Of a stretch of DNA of 64,000 bases, positions 27,411 to 36,961 are shown piece by piece. The stretch is taken from assembly GCA_023228885.1 (NCBI GenBank), contig JALOAJ010000010.1, positions 1,350-65,349 of the forward strand, written 5' to 3'. A program made the translations under genes and the position numbers. Each line of letters opens with the position of its first letter. Positions within the stretch are counted from its first letter, which is position 1. The notes beneath the pieces were generated by a model that was not told where the DNA came from, did not search any database, and worked only from the letters and a program-made list of their open reading frames with translations. This DNA is from Bacillota bacterium (GTDB taxonomy: Bacteria; Bacillota; Clostridia; Monoglobales; Firm-18).

Positions 27411-27524
27411 AGTGTTTCACAAACAATCTAAAGCATGGTACAAAACTAAACAGGGTTTAATTCCTTTGAGTTTGCTACCAATTTTAAAATATTTATGCTT
27501 ATATGTTTTTAATTATTTCACAGC

Positions 27525-29168
27525 TTATCTCTCACTGCCTGATTGATTTTCCCGGTACCACTCATTCGCCTCCTCCGTCAACTGCCAAAGCCCAGAGAAG
27601 TACAACTCCTCCACAAAAAGGTCAAACTCACTTATATCCCTTTCCCCTGATATAAACAATGTATAATTTTCTATAATCATTTTTTTAATCAACGCCTTGT
27701 ACTGCGGATAGGACGGAAGCCCTCCCCATATGGGGTTAATGTATTTATCAACATACTTATGACTCTCCATATTTTCCATATATTTCGTCCGAATACGCGG
27801 ATATAATTTATAGTTAGCCGGTGCCCGGAAAAAACCGTTGGTTCCCAAGCCGAGCCTGGCCCTGAAATTAGAATCGGTGGCTTCCCCTATGTATATAAGC
27901 CCGACATCGGGGTCAATCTCGTAGTGCACACCCTCAAATCCATACTGCGCCATCATTCCGAACGCATAATCCGTGTTCGTCAGTTCATACATTTCCAAAA
28001 TTTTATCCATCTTTCTGCTGTCCTCGGCGGCGCCCTTTCCCAAACTGACCGCGCCGCCGCTGTAGACTCCCCACATTTCGGTTCCGGACAAGCCGTCAGG
28101 TCCGATAAGTGGTCGCCCTTCAACATATGACGCATCGTCCCCCTGAAGCGCTTTAAAATAGAAATAATGGTCGGAGGCGGCATCCTTTTCGTTAAAGGGC
28201 TTAGCCACATGATAGGCATGCCCCGGAACCGAAAATCCGATTCGACCGTTTTGGAATGATACGGAATTCGCCCAATAGGTTCCTTTATTTTCGCCGCTTA
28301 TAAATTCCGGATCAATAAGCCCATCCCTGTGCCATTTGTTAAGCAGGGTGAGTGCATCCTTCATTTCAGGCATAACAGCAGTCGCTACAACGGTTCCATC
28401 CTCCCTAATTGTCCATGTGAAGCTGTTTGAGCCGCCTACCGATTGAAAGGGTATGCCGCCAAACGCCCCAAACACCGTACTAAACCCGGTATTCGATAAG
28501 GCGTAGGTGTCATCAACGCCGTTTCCATCCGGATCTTCATGGGCAAATTTATAGAAGGCAGCCTCAGCCTCCAGAAGTGTTTCGGGAATTTTGTAAATCC
28601 CCACATTCCATAGCCAGTCATCGCGCCAAATCGGAACAAAATGATATATGCCGTTGCTGTTATACCCTACTGGTATACCGTATATTTCACCGTTTAATCT
28701 TGTGAGATTCCAAGCGTTCTCACCAAGGTTCAGGAGGGTATGCTTGTGTATCGTCGGCGCAATCCGCTGAAGCTTCTCCTCCGGTATGGCAGCTAAGACG
28801 CCTTGCTGGGTGTACGCGTTGAATTGTTCGTTGTTCAAATTCATAATGTCTGGAATCTGCCCTGATGAAATGTGGAGGTTCAAAAACTCCTTCGCTCTGT
28901 TTCTGTCAAAGTATATAAACTCAAATCTTACACCCAGGATTCGTTCGCATTCTTTCATAACCGGCGAATCCGGTGATACAGGCTGGTCATTCTGCGGAAC
29001 TATGCTTATGACTATTTCGGGCTCGGAATAGTCCTTCTTCGTTTCGGCAAGATTTCCCGCACATCCGCTGAATAAAATCACAAAACACAGCAACAAAATA
29101 TAGTTTAATAGCTTGAAAAGAACCGTAAGCGTGCGTTTATTAACTATATATGTTACATATGTTTTCAT
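27525..29168 (-). CDS. orphan extracellular solute-binding lipoprotein (LplA-type) with no adjacent permeases
   Basis: Start chosen at ATG 29168 (RBS AAGGTGAGG). Lipobox LFSGC. Typical large-SBP body; the flanking DNA is IS debris and AT-rich non-coding sequence. Confidence 0.8.
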   Translation of the reverse strand: MKTYVTYIVNKRTLTVLFKLLNYILLLCFVILFSGCAGNLAETKKDYSEPEIVISIVPQNDQPVSPDSPVMKECERILGVRFEFIYFDRNRAKEFLNLHISSGQIPDIMNLNNEQFNAYTQQGVLAAIPEEKLQRIAPTIHKHTLLNLGENAWNLTRLNGEIYGIPVGYNSNGIYHFVPIWRDDWLWNVGIYKIPETLLEAEAAFYKFAHEDPDGNGVDDTYALSNTGFSTVFGAFGGIPFQSVGGSNSFTWTIREDGTVVATAVMPEMKDALTLLNKWHRDGLIDPEFISGENKGTYWANSVSFQNGRIGFSVPGHAYHVAKPFNEKDAASDHYFYFKALQGDDASYVEGRPLIGPDGLSGTEMWGVYSGGAVSLGKGAAEDSRKMDKILEMYELTNTDYAFGMMAQYGFEGVHYEIDPDVGLIYIGEATDSNFRARLGLGTNGFFRAPANYKLYPRIRTKYMENMESHKYVDKYINPIWGGLPSYPQYKALIKKMIIENYTLFISGERDISEFDLFVEELYFSGLWQLTEEANEWYRENQSGSER

Positions 29169-29294
29169 CAAAATCCTCACCTTTTTTATGTTATCGACCA
29201 TAGCTACAGCACTTGCGATAAACGGCTTCAATATCTTCCATATATCTGTATCGCCATGCATAAGCTAAGAACTTTTGTTTCTGTCAGCCTTATC

Positions 29295-29339
29295 ATTTCA
29301 CAATATTTCACAATTTCTTTTTACTTTGTATATCACAAT
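29295..29339. promoter_or_regulatory. three copies of a 10-bp direct repeat upstream of the orphan SBP gene (candidate activator site)
   Basis: ATTTCACAAT ATTTCACAAT occurs in exact tandem at 29295-29314. A 9/10 copy, ATATCACAAT, lies at 29330-29339. The repeats are 127-171 nt upstream of the SBP start codon. Confidence 0.3.
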
Positions 29340-29950
29340 TGAAAAACGGTTCGAAATTTTAGTTAAGAAACGATCCACTAAACTTATAGTCTCCATAACA
29401 ATTTTAATAAAATTTAATTAGGCATCAACACTAAAATACATTGATAAATCAAGTGTTGACACATTTTCTTAAATAATTTTAAATGATATTAGTATATGAG
29501 GTCTATGAATCATTTTGCCATGGACCAAATTTCAATTGTAAAGAGGGCCGCTTTTCATTCGGTTTAATCATACTTCCCGCATGATTTCCTCCGGGTTATT
29601 GTTCATAAACATAAAAGGCGCTAAGTAGCCGTCGATTCGTGTTTTCGGCATGTATCCTTTGATTTGATCCACCAATACATTCAGATTAAGTGTATTTCGC
29701 AGTTATTTGTCAACTATTTATTAGTATAGCACGCAGTATATATATGTCAACGCAAAAGAAATGATAAAATAGCTACTTTTTTGCGAATTCTTCTTTCATA
29801 CATCATCCATCGCCCAAAATTTGGGTATTAAGAATTATCTGCAGACCGGCAATAACCTCACAGAACGATAGATAAACGATATGAGAAATACACATCTTAT
29901 TTGATATTTTAAACACTTTTTTTTTAATATCGGTTAATGCGGAAATTTGC

Positions 29951-29979
29951 TTGACTCAGGGAATACGCAGCAGTATAAT
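29951..29979 (+). promoter_or_regulatory. near-consensus sigma-A promoter for the GH5-like gene
   Basis: TTGACT (29951-29956), exactly 17 nt, then TATAAT (29974-29979), followed by the GGGAG RBS and ATG at 30020. Confidence 0.55.
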
Positions 29980-30019
29980 GAAAAGAGTATTGAAATAAGA
30001 ACAGGGAGTGTGGTCTATT

Positions 30020-30979
30020 ATGCACGAGATAACTAAAGAGTATTCCCGTGTGCGTGGCTTTAATTTTCAGCCCGACTGGGGCGCCACCGGAGTGACGGTG
30101 TGGCAAAAATTTGATCCGGTGCGGTACCGTGAGCTGATACAGGCGGGGAAGGAGGCGTTTCCCGGAATAAATACCCTTCGTATCTGGCTCAGCTTTGACG
30201 CATGGTGCGAGGATAAGAAGTTATTCCTAAGCAATGTGCGCACAGCTATGGATATAATCACCTCCTCAGGGCTTGCTTGCATTCCCACATATTTTAACGG
30301 ATGGTCAAGCATTCCGAATTTTGGAGGCTTTGCCGCATCGATTTTAAAGCACATATCCAAAAGAGACTATGAGCCTTACCGTACATATCTTCGCGAAAGC
30401 ATGGAAGCAACGAAAAAGGGTAACATTTTAATACATGACATTTCCAACGAGCCCTTTAATTCGGTTGTGAAAAACCCTCCATGGATTGAAGTGGTCATTA
30501 ATTTTTTAAAAGCAATGGCGGAGGAGGCGCGCGAAACCGATGACCGTCCTATTACCGTTGGCTCACAGGGGTTTGCGCTAAATGAGGAGAGAACCTATTA
30601 TGATATAGATGCGTTAGCCGGCTTTACCGATGTTATTTCCATACACCCGTATAAAGTGGGGGATCCGCAAGGGGAAGGAGAGAACCGGCTAATTAAGCTG
30701 CTGGAACTTGTAGATAAATATAAGAAGCCTGTGATTATAACCGAATGTATATGGGGGTCGGAGGATGAAAAAGGGCATGTAGAAACGATAAAGCAAGACC
30801 TTGCGGTTTTCAATAAATATAATATTGGATTTTTAGCTCATGCGCTGTGCACCTCTCCGGTTGCGGACCTTCATCCCCTAAGAGGCAAGGACGCACTGAC
30901 CTGCCTTGGCATTTATATGGCATTTTTAGATGAAGACTTAAATATACGCAAGGGTCATGAGGTTTTTAATAACTACTAA
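30020..30979 (+). CDS. intracellular clan GH-A (GH5-like) glycoside hydrolase
   Basis: RGFNF start, candidate acid/base motif IHDISNEP and candidate nucleophile motif VIITECIWG, at spacing typical for a (beta/alpha)8 GH-A enzyme. No signal peptide. ATG 30020 is preferred over GTG 30008. Confidence 0.6.
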   Translation: MHEITKEYSRVRGFNFQPDWGATGVTVWQKFDPVRYRELIQAGKEAFPGINTLRIWLSFDAWCEDKKLFLSNVRTAMDIITSSGLACIPTYFNGWSSIPNFGGFAASILKHISKRDYEPYRTYLRESMEATKKGNILIHDISNEPFNSVVKNPPWIEVVINFLKAMAEEARETDDRPITVGSQGFALNEERTYYDIDALAGFTDVISIHPYKVGDPQGEGENRLIKLLELVDKYKKPVIITECIWGSEDEKGHVETIKQDLAVFNKYNIGFLAHALCTSPVADLHPLRGKDALTCLGIYMAFLDEDLNIRKGHEVFNNY

Positions 30980-31139
30980 TACCCTGATCGGACTATAAAT
31001 TAGGAGCTCACATGTGGGTTTTTAAGTATGTTCAAAAATTTTCATCCAAAGCGCCGCTGATTTCGACATCCATAGGCAAGCTTGCTTGTCTATGGGCTAA
31101 ATGAAAAATAGTATAAACCTACGAGAAGGAAAATAAACA

Positions 31140-33515
31140 ATGCAGCTAATGCAAAAAAACATTTTCACAAAATTGAAAAATATTTTCACAAAATTATTGT
31201 CTTACACAAAACACAGTTACCGTTTTAAGCTATTTATGATATATTTTGTTTTCGTTGTTTTTGTTATCTTCATTTTATTGTATTTGTTAACCTCTTACTT
31301 TAACAACAATTTGAGAAATGAAATATATCAATCTGCAAACACAAGGCTGACACAGGTAAAGACATTTGTGGATGCCGAAATTGTGAACAGTGTTAATGCC
31401 ATCGTAAACCAGAGCTTTTTGGATGTTTCGTCGGAAAAGGGAATGTTAGATTTCTTTATAGGATCCTTCTCATACTCAAAGAACAAAACCCTGATTTCGG
31501 CCCAAAATATGCTCTCCTTGATTACACTTAACAATTCCTTTGTAGATTCAATTTGGCTGTACCGCAAAGCAGACGATTCGCTTCTTTCCTCCAAAGAAGG
31601 AATTATTTTTTCCCTTAAGAATCCATCCGTAGATATGAGCAAAATCGTTAATTCTGATTTAATCTATGAAACGGTCGGTGCCGAGATAAGCTCGCGATGG
31701 ATCGGAACTGTTGAGAACAGCGTGTTTTGGCAAGAACGGCGGATCGTATCCTTTGCGCAAACCATACCGTTTTTTTCGCACTCCTCAAAACGATTCGGAT
31801 GCGTAGTGATAAATTTGGATTATGACAAGATTTGGGCGCACATGCAGTCGGTCTTAAGATTTGATAGCTCTATGGTTGTCATAGATTCCAACGGCGAATT
31901 TCTTCTGGAATACGGGTTGAAGCCTTCACTCATATCGCTGGAGAAGGAATATATACAGGAAATATTGAGTGGCGAGGAATCCTTCCGGGTTACAAAGATT
32001 GCAGGAAAGCATGTCTTGTTAACATGGGTCAAATCTGACGAGAATGATTGGATGTACATTTCCACTATCCCGGTTGAAACGCTGCAAAGTCAGATTAATA
32101 TTTCACATAATTTTATAATAACATTACTTATATTTATTGTTATTGTTACCCTTATAGGGTTAATAGCAATTACATCTCATATGTATAAGCCTATTCAAAT
32201 GATTTTAGATTCCATATACGGCCACATGTACGGTCACATGGAATCTCAAGGCTCGGATAACATGAACAACGATGAATTTATGCATATAAATAATGTTATA
32301 ACCAACCTGAATTATAAGATAGATGAGATGCAGGATGTTATATATAAAAACCAAGGTATTATTAAGCACAAAATCATTATGGATATTTTATACGGAAACA
32401 TATCGGGAGAAGCGGACGCCCTGCAGCATTTGAAGTTAGTAAATCCAAATTTCCTGTATCGGGAATACGCCATTATTCTAACTGATATAAACAGCCGCGT
32501 ATTCCAAAACCTCCCTTTTGTTCAGCGTGAATTCATTATCGGAAAGGCAATCGACAAGATTGACAGTCTTTTTTCACAGGAAAGCTGCTGTTTCAGTATT
32601 TGTTATCCCTCGCACTGTTTAGTCAGTATTGTAAACGCCGATTCTCTGGACAAGATATTTCAGGATAAGGAATTTATCATTGACCATCTTTATGAAACTT
32701 TGGGGCAAATAAAATACAATATTGTAATAAGCAGACACACCGATACGATAAAACAGCTAAGCAAAATGTATGAGCGTATCCGAGGCTACCTAAAGTATAG
32801 CTTTATCTACGGATACGGCAATGTGTTCACTGAATATGAGCTTGAGCGCATTGAAAAAAACAATCCCGAGCTTGAAGCGGAAGCCGCGCCCTATGAGCAG
32901 TTGTTAAAATCCAACAAATTCGAAGAATTGAAAAGAGCGCTTTCTAATTTTCCTCATAAGGCGCAAAGCAAAGGCTATTCCTTTAAGTATACGCAAAGCT
33001 TTATTTTACATATATTAAAAATGATATGCCGAATAAGTAAGAAACACAATGTAAAGAGCGAGGAAATCAATAAAAATGCGTTGCTTTTTGACTTTAACAA
33101 TATAGACTCAATCAATGATTGCGTTTCATGGATGTACAATCTCATTAATTTATATGATGAAAGCTCAAAATTAAAGGATGCTGTAATTAAGAGTGAGTTT
33201 ATAGACAAAATCGTCAATTACATTACAGAAAATATAGAAAACGGCGTTTCCCTGAATTCCACAGCTGAGAAATTCTATGTCAGCCCCGGTTACTTGAGCA
33301 GATTGTTCAAGGAAAGCACGGGAGTTAATTTTTCAGAGTTTCTGATAGGCAAAAAATTTGAAAAAACAACCGAGCTGCTTATGGATAAAAAAAAGAAACC
33401 CGTTTCGGAAATTGCCTCCCTGCTTGGCTATTCAAATATTTCTTATTTTAATAAGCGGTTTAAAGAAAAGTTTGGCATGACGCCCACGCAGTATCGTAAA
33501 AAACATTCAAAATAA
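31140..33515 (+). CDS. membrane-anchored one-component AraC-family regulator (TM, extracytoplasmic sensor, TM, cytoplasmic linker, AraC HTH)
   Basis: TM1 is FMIYFVFVVFVIFILLYLL and TM2 is IITLLIFIVIVTLIGLIAI. About 270 aa lie between them. The C-terminal SPGYLSRLFKESTGVNFSEFL...GYSNISYFNKRFKEKFGMTPTQYRK is an AraC HTH. No receiver or kinase motifs are present. Confidence 0.8.
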   Translation: MQLMQKNIFTKLKNIFTKLLSYTKHSYRFKLFMIYFVFVVFVIFILLYLLTSYFNNNLRNEIYQSANTRLTQVKTFVDAEIVNSVNAIVNQSFLDVSSEKGMLDFFIGSFSYSKNKTLISAQNMLSLITLNNSFVDSIWLYRKADDSLLSSKEGIIFSLKNPSVDMSKIVNSDLIYETVGAEISSRWIGTVENSVFWQERRIVSFAQTIPFFSHSSKRFGCVVINLDYDKIWAHMQSVLRFDSSMVVIDSNGEFLLEYGLKPSLISLEKEYIQEILSGEESFRVTKIAGKHVLLTWVKSDENDWMYISTIPVETLQSQINISHNFIITLLIFIVIVTLIGLIAITSHMYKPIQMILDSIYGHMYGHMESQGSDNMNNDEFMHINNVITNLNYKIDEMQDVIYKNQGIIKHKIIMDILYGNISGEADALQHLKLVNPNFLYREYAIILTDINSRVFQNLPFVQREFIIGKAIDKIDSLFSQESCCFSICYPSHCLVSIVNADSLDKIFQDKEFIIDHLYETLGQIKYNIVISRHTDTIKQLSKMYERIRGYLKYSFIYGYGNVFTEYELERIEKNNPELEAEAAPYEQLLKSNKFEELKRALSNFPHKAQSKGYSFKYTQSFILHILKMICRISKKHNVKSEEINKNALLFDFNNIDSINDCVSWMYNLINLYDESSKLKDAVIKSEFIDKIVNYITENIENGVSLNSTAEKFYVSPGYLSRLFKESTGVNFSEFLIGKKFEKTTELLMDKKKKPVSEIASLLGYSNISYFNKRFKEKFGMTPTQYRKKHSK

Positions 33516-33580
33516 TACTAAACCTGTTCGCCCACGCAGGGTTACCGGATAGGTCTGTTGAGGAAAGGATTACTATAATA

Positions 33581-34921
33581 ATGAAAATTGTTGAACAGGC
33601 AAGAGAAATTGAAATAATTGATGAAGTTGATGTTTGTGTTCTTGGAGGAAGCAGTACAGGAGTGTTTGCGGCGGTTCGAGCCGCTCAAATGGGAATGAGG
33701 ACGGCCATTGTGGAAAAACAGAATAGTTTTGGCGGCGCAGCGACCTCGGGACTCACCCACATATGGCATTCCATTTTCGACGCCGAGCATAGTAAAAAAA
33801 TTATCAGCGGACTAAGCGAAATGGTGATTAACCGATTGGCTGAAAGAAACGCGGTAATTATCCACAAACCTACTGTATCAAGCGCCAACATAATGAATAC
33901 TGAGGAACTTAAGATAGAGCTTGATATTCTTGTTTCTGAGCATAAAATAAAACCATATCTTCATACTTTATTTTCATCCGCAATTACAGAGAATAATAAC
34001 ATAACGGCTGTAATTGTAGAAAATAAGGATGGCCGAAAGGCAATCAAGGCTAAATTTTTCATTGACTGCACAGGTGACGGTGATTTATGCCGCAGAATAG
34101 GGATAGCTTCATATACATATGATACTTTACAGCCTCCGACTACTTGTGCCAAGATTTACGGGGCAAACGACCCCAGCTTCAGCGCGCTGATACGTGAACA
34201 CGGCTCAGAATTCGGTTTACAAAAGGATTGGGGCTGGCGCAATGTAATTCCGAACACGGACAATATTAAAATGCACGCCGAAACACATGTTTTTGATGTG
34301 AACTGCGCTCATGCCGGCGACTTGACTTATAGTGAAATGGAAGGGCGCAGACAGGTTCGGGCGTACATGGACTTGTTTCGGAAATATGTTGAAAACGGTG
34401 AAAAAATCACTCTGCTCTCCCTTCCCTCCTATATAGGCGTAAGGGAGAGCTATCACATAAAATCACTGCATAAAATAAAAACCGATGATTTACTTATGGG
34501 GATAACATATCCCGACGCGATAGGAAACGGCTCATACCGGACGGATCGGCATCACAGCCACGATTCAGGCATCACATTCAGATATTTGAACGGCGTTACG
34601 GAAACGATACAGCAATCAGGTGAGCTGCCTGTAATGGGGAGATGGAGGGAAGAATGTGATAATTACCCTACATACTATCAGATTCCTTTCCGTTCCTTAG
34701 TCCCAGATACAAAGATAGAAAACATACTGTTCGCAGGAAGAATGATAGATGCTGAGGCTGAAGCCTTCGGCGCCCTTAGGGTTATGATAAATACTAACCA
34801 GATGGGCGAGGCGGTGGGGACGGCTGCAGCATTGGCGGTTGAATACGACTGTCCGGCAAGGGATATAAACACGACGGAGCTGCGGAGCAGACTTTCCGAT
34901 TTTAACGCCGTAATTTTATAA
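33581..34921 (+). CDS. FAD-dependent oxidoreductase (PF12831-like)
   Basis: N-terminal dinucleotide fold VCVLGGSSTGVFAAVRAAQMGMRTAIVEKQNSFGG, an internal DCTGDGDL, and a C-terminal GEAVGTAAALA. Confidence 0.75.
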   Translation: MKIVEQAREIEIIDEVDVCVLGGSSTGVFAAVRAAQMGMRTAIVEKQNSFGGAATSGLTHIWHSIFDAEHSKKIISGLSEMVINRLAERNAVIIHKPTVSSANIMNTEELKIELDILVSEHKIKPYLHTLFSSAITENNNITAVIVENKDGRKAIKAKFFIDCTGDGDLCRRIGIASYTYDTLQPPTTCAKIYGANDPSFSALIREHGSEFGLQKDWGWRNVIPNTDNIKMHAETHVFDVNCAHAGDLTYSEMEGRRQVRAYMDLFRKYVENGEKITLLSLPSYIGVRESYHIKSLHKIKTDDLLMGITYPDAIGNGSYRTDRHHSHDSGITFRYLNGVTETIQQSGELPVMGRWREECDNYPTYYQIPFRSLVPDTKIENILFAGRMIDAEAEAFGALRVMINTNQMGEAVGTAAALAVEYDCPARDINTTELRSRLSDFNAVIL

Positions 34922-34938
34922 CAGTTAGGAGTATAAAA

Positions 34939-36630
34939 ATGTATGAACAGTTTGACCCGTTAAAAAACGCAGAGCTTGCGTTAAATTATCTTACAAATAT
35001 GGTGGATGAAAAATATGACAACCTTCCATATTGGCTTATACTGCCTCATAAAAAGCCCGCAGAAGCTGCGCATTGCCGTGTTGATGACGCGGAGCTTGTC
35101 GGTTCTTGGTATCAAGCTATAAATCATGTCCGCAAAATGCTAAACACCGATGTGGGCGCGGAGGTTGAACAATCCTTCCGCAGACATTTATTAAAGTCTT
35201 GGGGGGAGCATGGGCTTAGATTCCACGAGGATTATTCGTGGACGCATACCAACCACAGCTCCTTTCATGAAATGGGGTATATTTTGCCGGCTCTTAATCA
35301 AATACTGGAAGAAAATCCGGACGATACTGATGTTGAAAGGATTGCAGCCCGTCTTATCCGAGGTATGCGCAGCTTGGTGACCGAACGTAAGGTGCGGACA
35401 TTTTGGTCGGGCGATTTCGTGGAAGAGCAGCCTGTTTATGAATTTCCGAATGATGTATATTTGCGGGATAAGGGCTTTGATTTAACTCGGCATACCGGAC
35501 GCGGTGAGCAGGCAATCCGCAACTCTATTATGCTACACTCGCTTGTGCGCCGTTATGAGTATGCCAATGATGAGGCTGCGCTTGATTTGGCGGTTGGCAT
35601 GGCAAATTATTTGTTAGGTCCGTCGCGTTATTTCAACTATAAAATGGAGTTCTTTGGTCATGTTCATTCTAACGGATGGGTGGCATCCGGCTTGGTTTAC
35701 CTGGGCCGTGTTACCGGAAATAAAGCATACCTTGAAAGCGGGAAAAAAATATACGACTATATTCGTTCCATATCCTCCGACTTTGGCTGGGTTCCGGAAT
35801 ACGCACAATGGCATCCGGTTGAGGAAGAGCATTGCGAAACCTGCTGTATAAAGGATATGATTGAATGCGCATATGAGCTGACTTTAGTGGGATATGATGA
35901 GTATTGGAATGATATCAATAACTTTGCGCGCAATCAGCTTGTTGAAAATCAGGTTAAGAATACGGATTATGTTGTTTCAGACAACAGTCTTCCAGATAAA
36001 AACGGTATTACCTATAAAGATATCGGCAAACGGATGATTGGCGGATTTTCAGGCGGGTCAACTCCAACATCAATATCTCTTACCAAGTTTCGTTCAATTG
36101 CGGGATGTTGTGTTGGTATGGCGCCTGTCGCTCTTGCGATAGTGTGGAATAACGCGGTATTGTTTGAAAATAATGCAGTTGTCGTAAATATTCCGCTTAA
36201 CAAATCCATATCCGAGGCAAGTGTTGTTATGGAATATCCCAATGAAGGCAAGCTATCCGTTGCGGTTTATATCCGTTGTGATGTTAAAATAAGAAAATAT
36301 CCGTTTATGCATGATGTTAGGGCCGTAATCAATGGAATAGCAGCGGATTTTTCAATTGATGGCGAGAATTTGATGGTGTTTAAGGATGTTCCGGCAGATG
36401 CGGTTGTTACAATAACCCATACCTTAGAAACCGTTAAAGTAAAAGAAACCGTAAGGGGCGCTGAATTAACCGTTATATGGCGTGGCTGCGATGTAGTGGA
36501 CATATTACCCCACGGAGAGCATATGCGGCTGTATCAGCGCGATTTATCCGTTCCGAGGTATTATCCGAATCCCGAAGATATAGTATATTCAGGAGCATCA
36601 GATTACGCGCCGACTCAGCAGAAAAAGTAA
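34939..36630 (+). CDS. hypothetical protein with a GH127/DUF1680-like E-x-C ... C-C (Zn/Cys-glycosidase) motif
   Basis: 563 aa, no signal peptide, helical-repeat-like N-terminal half. It contains HCETCC (E300-T-C302) and AGCCVG (C390-C391). This resembles the Glu-x-Cys ... Cys-Cys zinc site of GH127 beta-L-arabinofuranosidase. Coding status is firm; the function call is tentative. Confidence 0.5.
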   Translation: MYEQFDPLKNAELALNYLTNMVDEKYDNLPYWLILPHKKPAEAAHCRVDDAELVGSWYQAINHVRKMLNTDVGAEVEQSFRRHLLKSWGEHGLRFHEDYSWTHTNHSSFHEMGYILPALNQILEENPDDTDVERIAARLIRGMRSLVTERKVRTFWSGDFVEEQPVYEFPNDVYLRDKGFDLTRHTGRGEQAIRNSIMLHSLVRRYEYANDEAALDLAVGMANYLLGPSRYFNYKMEFFGHVHSNGWVASGLVYLGRVTGNKAYLESGKKIYDYIRSISSDFGWVPEYAQWHPVEEEHCETCCIKDMIECAYELTLVGYDEYWNDINNFARNQLVENQVKNTDYVVSDNSLPDKNGITYKDIGKRMIGGFSGGSTPTSISLTKFRSIAGCCVGMAPVALAIVWNNAVLFENNAVVVNIPLNKSISEASVVMEYPNEGKLSVAVYIRCDVKIRKYPFMHDVRAVINGIAADFSIDGENLMVFKDVPADAVVTITHTLETVKVKETVRGAELTVIWRGCDVVDILPHGEHMRLYQRDLSVPRYYPNPEDIVYSGASDYAPTQQKK

Positions 36631-36961
36631 TTGATTTAATTATCCTTGAGCAACCCTCGTTCCTTACATATGGTTTTTGGGTTGTGAGTTTGGCGTTTGT
36701 TACGGTTTAGGAATTAGAGTAGGGTTAGCTTAATAGGGTTTTTCTTCATTGTCGGTTGCTATTCGTGCAGCCTTGTCATAAGACACCTTTGGTGTTCGGA
36801 TTGATGTTTCTATAATATAATTCCTCTAAAATTCTTGCCATATCTTCCACCCTCTTTCGCGGTAACGCAACAGATACTACAGAAATTAATGGAAGGCTAT
36901 ATCCCAATTCAGCAAAGTGTTCAACAAAATCAATAAATCTCCATAACATCCTTAGGCACAT

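Noticed and set aside
29521-29700. Minus-strand reading RNTLNLNVLVDQIKGYMPKTRIDGYLAPFMFMNNNPEEIMREV*, a possible C-terminal gene fragment
   Set aside because: I cannot assign it to any family, and it has no upstream ORF continuation. It may be another gene remnant, but it is unsupported.
36776-36961. 61-aa minus-strand ORF
   Set aside because: Only its last ~20 residues (MARILEELYYRNINPN...) look like the start of small proteins seen on Clostridial conjugative elements. The rest is unstructured and it has no RBS. It is probably debris in the mobile-element graveyard.
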